Below, in pieces: positions 29,060 through 32,000 of a stretch of DNA of 32,000 nucleotides. The DNA lies in NCBI RefSeq assembly GCF_000260965.1, contig NC_017856.1, positions 2,160,001 through 2,192,000 on the forward strand. Direction: 5' to 3'. The notes under the pieces were generated by a model. That model made no database searches and had not been told where the DNA came from. It was given only the letters and a program-made list of their open reading frames with translations. The position numbers and the translations under genes were made by a program. This DNA is from Methylophaga frappieri. GTDB taxonomy: Bacteria > Pseudomonadota > Gammaproteobacteria > Nitrosococcales > Methylophagaceae. Within the stretch, counting starts at the first letter, position 1. Each line of letters begins with the position of its first letter.

Positions 29060-29596
29060 ATGTCGCTGATTATTCTGGACCGTGATGGTGTGATTAATCA
29101 CGACTCGCTGGCGTTTATCAAATCGCCAGCAGAGTGGGAGCCGATTGAAGGGAGTCTGGAAGCGATAGCCCGTTTGAATCAGGCTGGCTATCGGGTTGTG
29201 ATTATTACCAATCAGTCTGGCATAGGTCGAGGGTTACTTGATGTGGAGATGCTGAATCGTATCCACAGCAAAATGCGTCGGATGCTGTCTCAGGTGGGGG
29301 GGCGTATTGAGGCAATATTGTTTTGCCCAGATGGCCCGGATGTTGATAGTCCTTGCCGCAAACCGAATCCAGGCATGTTTTTGGATCTAGCACATCGCTT
29401 GCGCTTAAATCTGGCGCAGGTGCCGGCGGTGGGGGACTCACTCAGAGATCTCCAGGCAGCCGAGGCAGCCGGGGCAAGGCCCATTCTGGTCCGAACCGGC
29501 AAAGGTATGCAAACCTTAGAGGCCGGCATACCAGATAAGGTGGCAGTTTATGACGATTTGGCCGCAGTCGTGGATGCGCTGCTGGATCAAGATTGA
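29060..29596 (+). CDS. gmhB: D-glycero-beta-D-manno-heptose 1,7-bisphosphate 7-phosphatase (HAD family)
   Basis: ILDRDGVIN (DxDG motif), ITNQSGIGRG, CPDG....CRKPNPGM, VGDSLRDLQAA. Collinear with E. coli GmhB. Confidence 0.9.
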   Translation: MSLIILDRDGVINHDSLAFIKSPAEWEPIEGSLEAIARLNQAGYRVVIITNQSGIGRGLLDVEMLNRIHSKMRRMLSQVGGRIEAILFCPDGPDVDSPCRKPNPGMFLDLAHRLRLNLAQVPAVGDSLRDLQAAEAAGARPILVRTGKGMQTLEAGIPDKVAVYDDLAAVVDALLDQD

Positions 29597-30342
29597 TGAT
29601 TTGGTTGCGATCGTCGCTGTTTTTTGTCTGTTATTGTCTGACAGCGATACTGTTTTCATGTCTGAGTGTGCTGCTCTGGCCGCTACCCTTTTCATGGCGA
29701 TACCGCGCGATTAGCCGTTGGGCTGTCTGGAATATCTGGTTATTGCGCTGGGTTTGTGGCGTGCGATTGGAAGTCACTGGCGCAGAGCATATTCCCGAGC
29801 AAGCCTGCGTGATTTTATGTAAGCATCAATCTGCTTGGGAAACGTTAGCTTTGCAGGCAGTCTTTCCGCCACAGGTTTGGGTATTAAAGCGAGAATTACT
29901 ATGGATCCCGTTTTTTGGCTGGGGGCTGGCATCTTTAAAGCCGATTGCCATTGATCGAAAAGCAGGTCGGCAGGCATTATCGCAGATCATTGAACAAGGC
30001 AAACAACGGCTAAAACAAGGGATTTGGGTAGTGGTTTTTCCAGAAGGCACGCGCATACCGGTAAGGCAGCAAGGGCGTTTTGGTATTGGTGGCGCAAGGT
30101 TGTCGGTTGAAGCTGGTGTACCGGTGGTGCCTGTTGCGCATAATGCCGGTTATTGCTGGCCGAAACGGGGCTTTTTAAAACACCCGGGGGTGATTAAGAT
30201 GGTTATTGGCGCCAGTATTGAGACGAAGGATCAATCAGCGGCCGAAATTAACCATCAGGCAGAAATGTGGATGACGGCAACAATGACAGAGCTGGAGGGA
30301 TTGCCGCCGGCAGTTACCCTAAAACGGGATAAAAAGGATTAA
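29596..30342 (+). CDS. plsC: 1-acyl-sn-glycerol-3-phosphate acyltransferase
   Basis: Acyltransferase motifs CKHQSAWET (HX4-acidic block) and VVFPEGTR, with an N-terminal TM helix. ATG 29596 overlaps the gmhB TGA (TGATG). The track start at 29593 is TTG. Confidence 0.85.
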   Translation: MIWLRSSLFFVCYCLTAILFSCLSVLLWPLPFSWRYRAISRWAVWNIWLLRWVCGVRLEVTGAEHIPEQACVILCKHQSAWETLALQAVFPPQVWVLKRELLWIPFFGWGLASLKPIAIDRKAGRQALSQIIEQGKQRLKQGIWVVVFPEGTRIPVRQQGRFGIGGARLSVEAGVPVVPVAHNAGYCWPKRGFLKHPGVIKMVIGASIETKDQSAAEINHQAEMWMTATMTELEGLPPAVTLKRDKKD

Positions 30343-30344
30343 CA

Positions 30345-32000
30345 GTGGCACGATCTGAAGGCATCCTGCGGTTACTGATTGTGGATGATTCGCTGACTGA
30401 TAGTGAGGCGGTCATTAATGTGTTACGTAGTGCAGGCCATGCGGTTAGAGCAAACCGAGAGGATCGATTCGATGCGCTGGAGCAGGTACTGAGTAATCAA
30501 ACCTGGGATTTGTTAATTTGCCGTGATCATCTGCCAAGTTTACCGCCACTGGACATCATTAATCTGGCACAGCGGTTAGGTAAAGATTTACCTTGTATCG
30601 TGCTTTGTCAGGATCTCACATTATTGCCAGCACTGTTTCATGGCGGTGCCCATGATGTGGTCAGCTATCAGGATGTGGAGCGATTGCAATTTGCGGCGGC
30701 GCGAGAAATTACCAGTTTACAGGTGCGCCGTTTGGCGCGGCGAAATGAACGTGCTTTGCGCGAGAGTGAAAAACGTTCTCAGGCGTTGTTAGAAAGTTCG
30801 CGTGATGCGGTAGCCTATATGCATGAAGGCATGCATATTTATGTTAATCGGGCATATTTGAATCTATTTGGTTATGAAGAAGCAGAAGATATTGATGGCC
30901 TGCCGATCCTCGATTTGATTGCGGCAGAAGATCACAATAAATTTAAAGCGGTGTTTCGTCAGTTTACCGAAACCGCCGATGCCTTACCTCAAACTGTGGC
31001 CGTGCAGTGTTTAAAAGAGGAAGGACACAGATTCAGCGCCAATATCGAATTTTCCCATGCGCGAGTTGAAGGCGAAGATTGCACACAGGTCGTTATTCGC
31101 GATGAATCGGTGTCGAGTGACGATAGCAACAAATTACAACTGCTGCGGGATCATGATTTATTGACCGGGCTGTATAGCCGTGCCCGATTTGAAGATGAAA
31201 TGGAAAAAGCGATTAGTGCTGCAGCAGAGGGGCGCGGTGATGCTGAATTGCTATTTATCGTGCTTGATGATTTCCAGGCCATCAAAGCCCAGGTTGGTCT
31301 TGGCACCAGTGATGTCGTGATCAAAAGCATCGCGGAGCTGCTGCGCCGTACTCTCATTGAAGGCGAAGTGTTAGGCCGTTATGCCGATCAGGTTTTTACA
31401 GTGATTGTGCCTAGCGCGAATGAGCGTGAAGTCGATCAGCGCGCTGAAATCTATCGACGCGTGGTTGATGATTATGTGTCTCAGGCGAATGGCAAAATTA
31501 TTGATCTGCACTGCAGTATCGGTATCAGTCGTATTACAGAGAATATTGCCAGTGCTGCAGCGGCATTGGAAAACGCGGACAGAGCTTGCGTTCGTGCGCA
31601 GCGAAGTGGCGGCAATCAAGTGGCCCGCTATCAACCAGACACGGAGACCGCTTCGGCATCCGCCCAGCAGTGGCAGACAGTGCTGCAGTCAGCGCTTAAG
31701 GAAAATAACTTTTTCCTTAATTTTCAACCTATTATCAGTCTTCATGGTCCAGAGCAAGAATTATATGAAGTCTTATTAAGACTCACCCTGCCTTCCGGAA
31801 AAACAATAAAGGCAGATGATTTTATTGCGTCTGCGGCGACTTTGGAGATCATGGCCGAAGTAGATAAATGGGTGATACGACAGGCATTACAAAGCCTGAA
31901 ACAAGTTCAGATCCCGCATCCTAAAACCCGTTTCTTTATCAAGTTGTCAGAGCAAACACTGCATGAAACCGGCTTTGTGGATTGGTTATCTGCCACATTG
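30345..32000 (+). CDS. FimX-like multidomain c-di-GMP protein: receiver-like domain, PAS, degenerate GGDEF, EAL (truncated by the right edge)
   Basis: Not in the ORF track because it is open-ended. My translation starts at GTG 30345, with AAGGA 6 nt upstream. It reads ARSEGILRLLIVDDSLTDSEAV... (REC-like), then ..SEKRSQALLESSRDAVAYMHEGMHIYVNRAYLNLFGYEE.. (PAS). The GGDEF part is ..DLLTGLYSRARFE...LGRYADQVFTVIV, where the GGDEF motif is replaced by ADQVF. The EAL part is ..FFLNFQPIISLHGPEQELYEVLLRL.., with EVL in place of EAL. There are no stops to position 32000. Confidence 0.85.
   Translation, partial: MARSEGILRLLIVDDSLTDSEAVINVLRSAGHAVRANREDRFDALEQVLSNQTWDLLICRDHLPSLPPLDIINLAQRLGKDLPCIVLCQDLTLLPALFHGGAHDVVSYQDVERLQFAAAREITSLQVRRLARRNERALRESEKRSQALLESSRDAVAYMHEGMHIYVNRAYLNLFGYEEAEDIDGLPILDLIAAEDHNKFKAVFRQFTETADALPQTVAVQCLKEEGHRFSANIEFSHARVEGEDCTQVVIRDESVSSDDSNKLQLLRDHDLLTGLYSRARFEDEMEKAISAAAEGRGDAELLFIVLDDFQAIKAQVGLGTSDVVIKSIAELLRRTLIEGEVLGRYADQVFTVIVPSANEREVDQRAEIYRRVVDDYVSQANGKIIDLHCSIGISRITENIASAAAALENADRACVRAQRSGGNQVARYQPDTETASASAQQWQTVLQSALKENNFFLNFQPIISLHGPEQELYEVLLRLTLPSGKTIKADDFIASAATLEIMAEVDKWVIRQALQSLKQVQIPHPKTRFFIKLSEQTLHETGFVDWLSATL

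Overview
This window is almost entirely conserved gammaproteobacterial core genome. Most hand-counted 60-nt lines are about 45-52% GC. Gene order matches several Pseudomonas-type microsyntenies: ispB <> rplU-rpmA-obg-proB <> rpsT; ssb-MFS <> uvrA; gshB...tonB-like; glyQ-glyS-gmhB-plsC. I support about 30 protein genes: translation (rplU, rpmA, rpsT, glyQS, obg), DNA repair (xthA, recQ, dinB, ssb, uvrA), isoprenoid/squalene (ispB, hpnD, hpnE), envelope (ampG, gmhB, plsC, apbE, TonB-like), nucleotide and tRNA modification (ppnN, queH), gshB, proB, and a FimX-like c-di-GMP protein cut off at the right edge. I saw no rRNA, tRNA, CRISPR array, transposase, integrase or phage genes. I do not see a convincing multi-gene novel system. 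The most plausible accessory or undescribed elements are two small AT-rich islets. One (16609-17300) carries a 4-TM protein translationally coupled to a 65-aa XRE regulator, with its own promoter and palindromic operator, between queH and ssb. The other (10634-11413) is an orphan 259-aa polytopic membrane protein between dinB and recQ, next to a repeat-rich 230-nt spacer. Secondary oddities: hpnD-hpnE without hpnC behind ispB; a CYTH-only gene overlapping the uvrA stop; a terminator-like hairpin in the divergent ppnN/queH region; a GC-rich patch in recQ and dinB; three convergent gene pairs with overlapping or nearly touching stop codons. Family assignments rest on my reading of the translations and remembered motifs, not on database searches.
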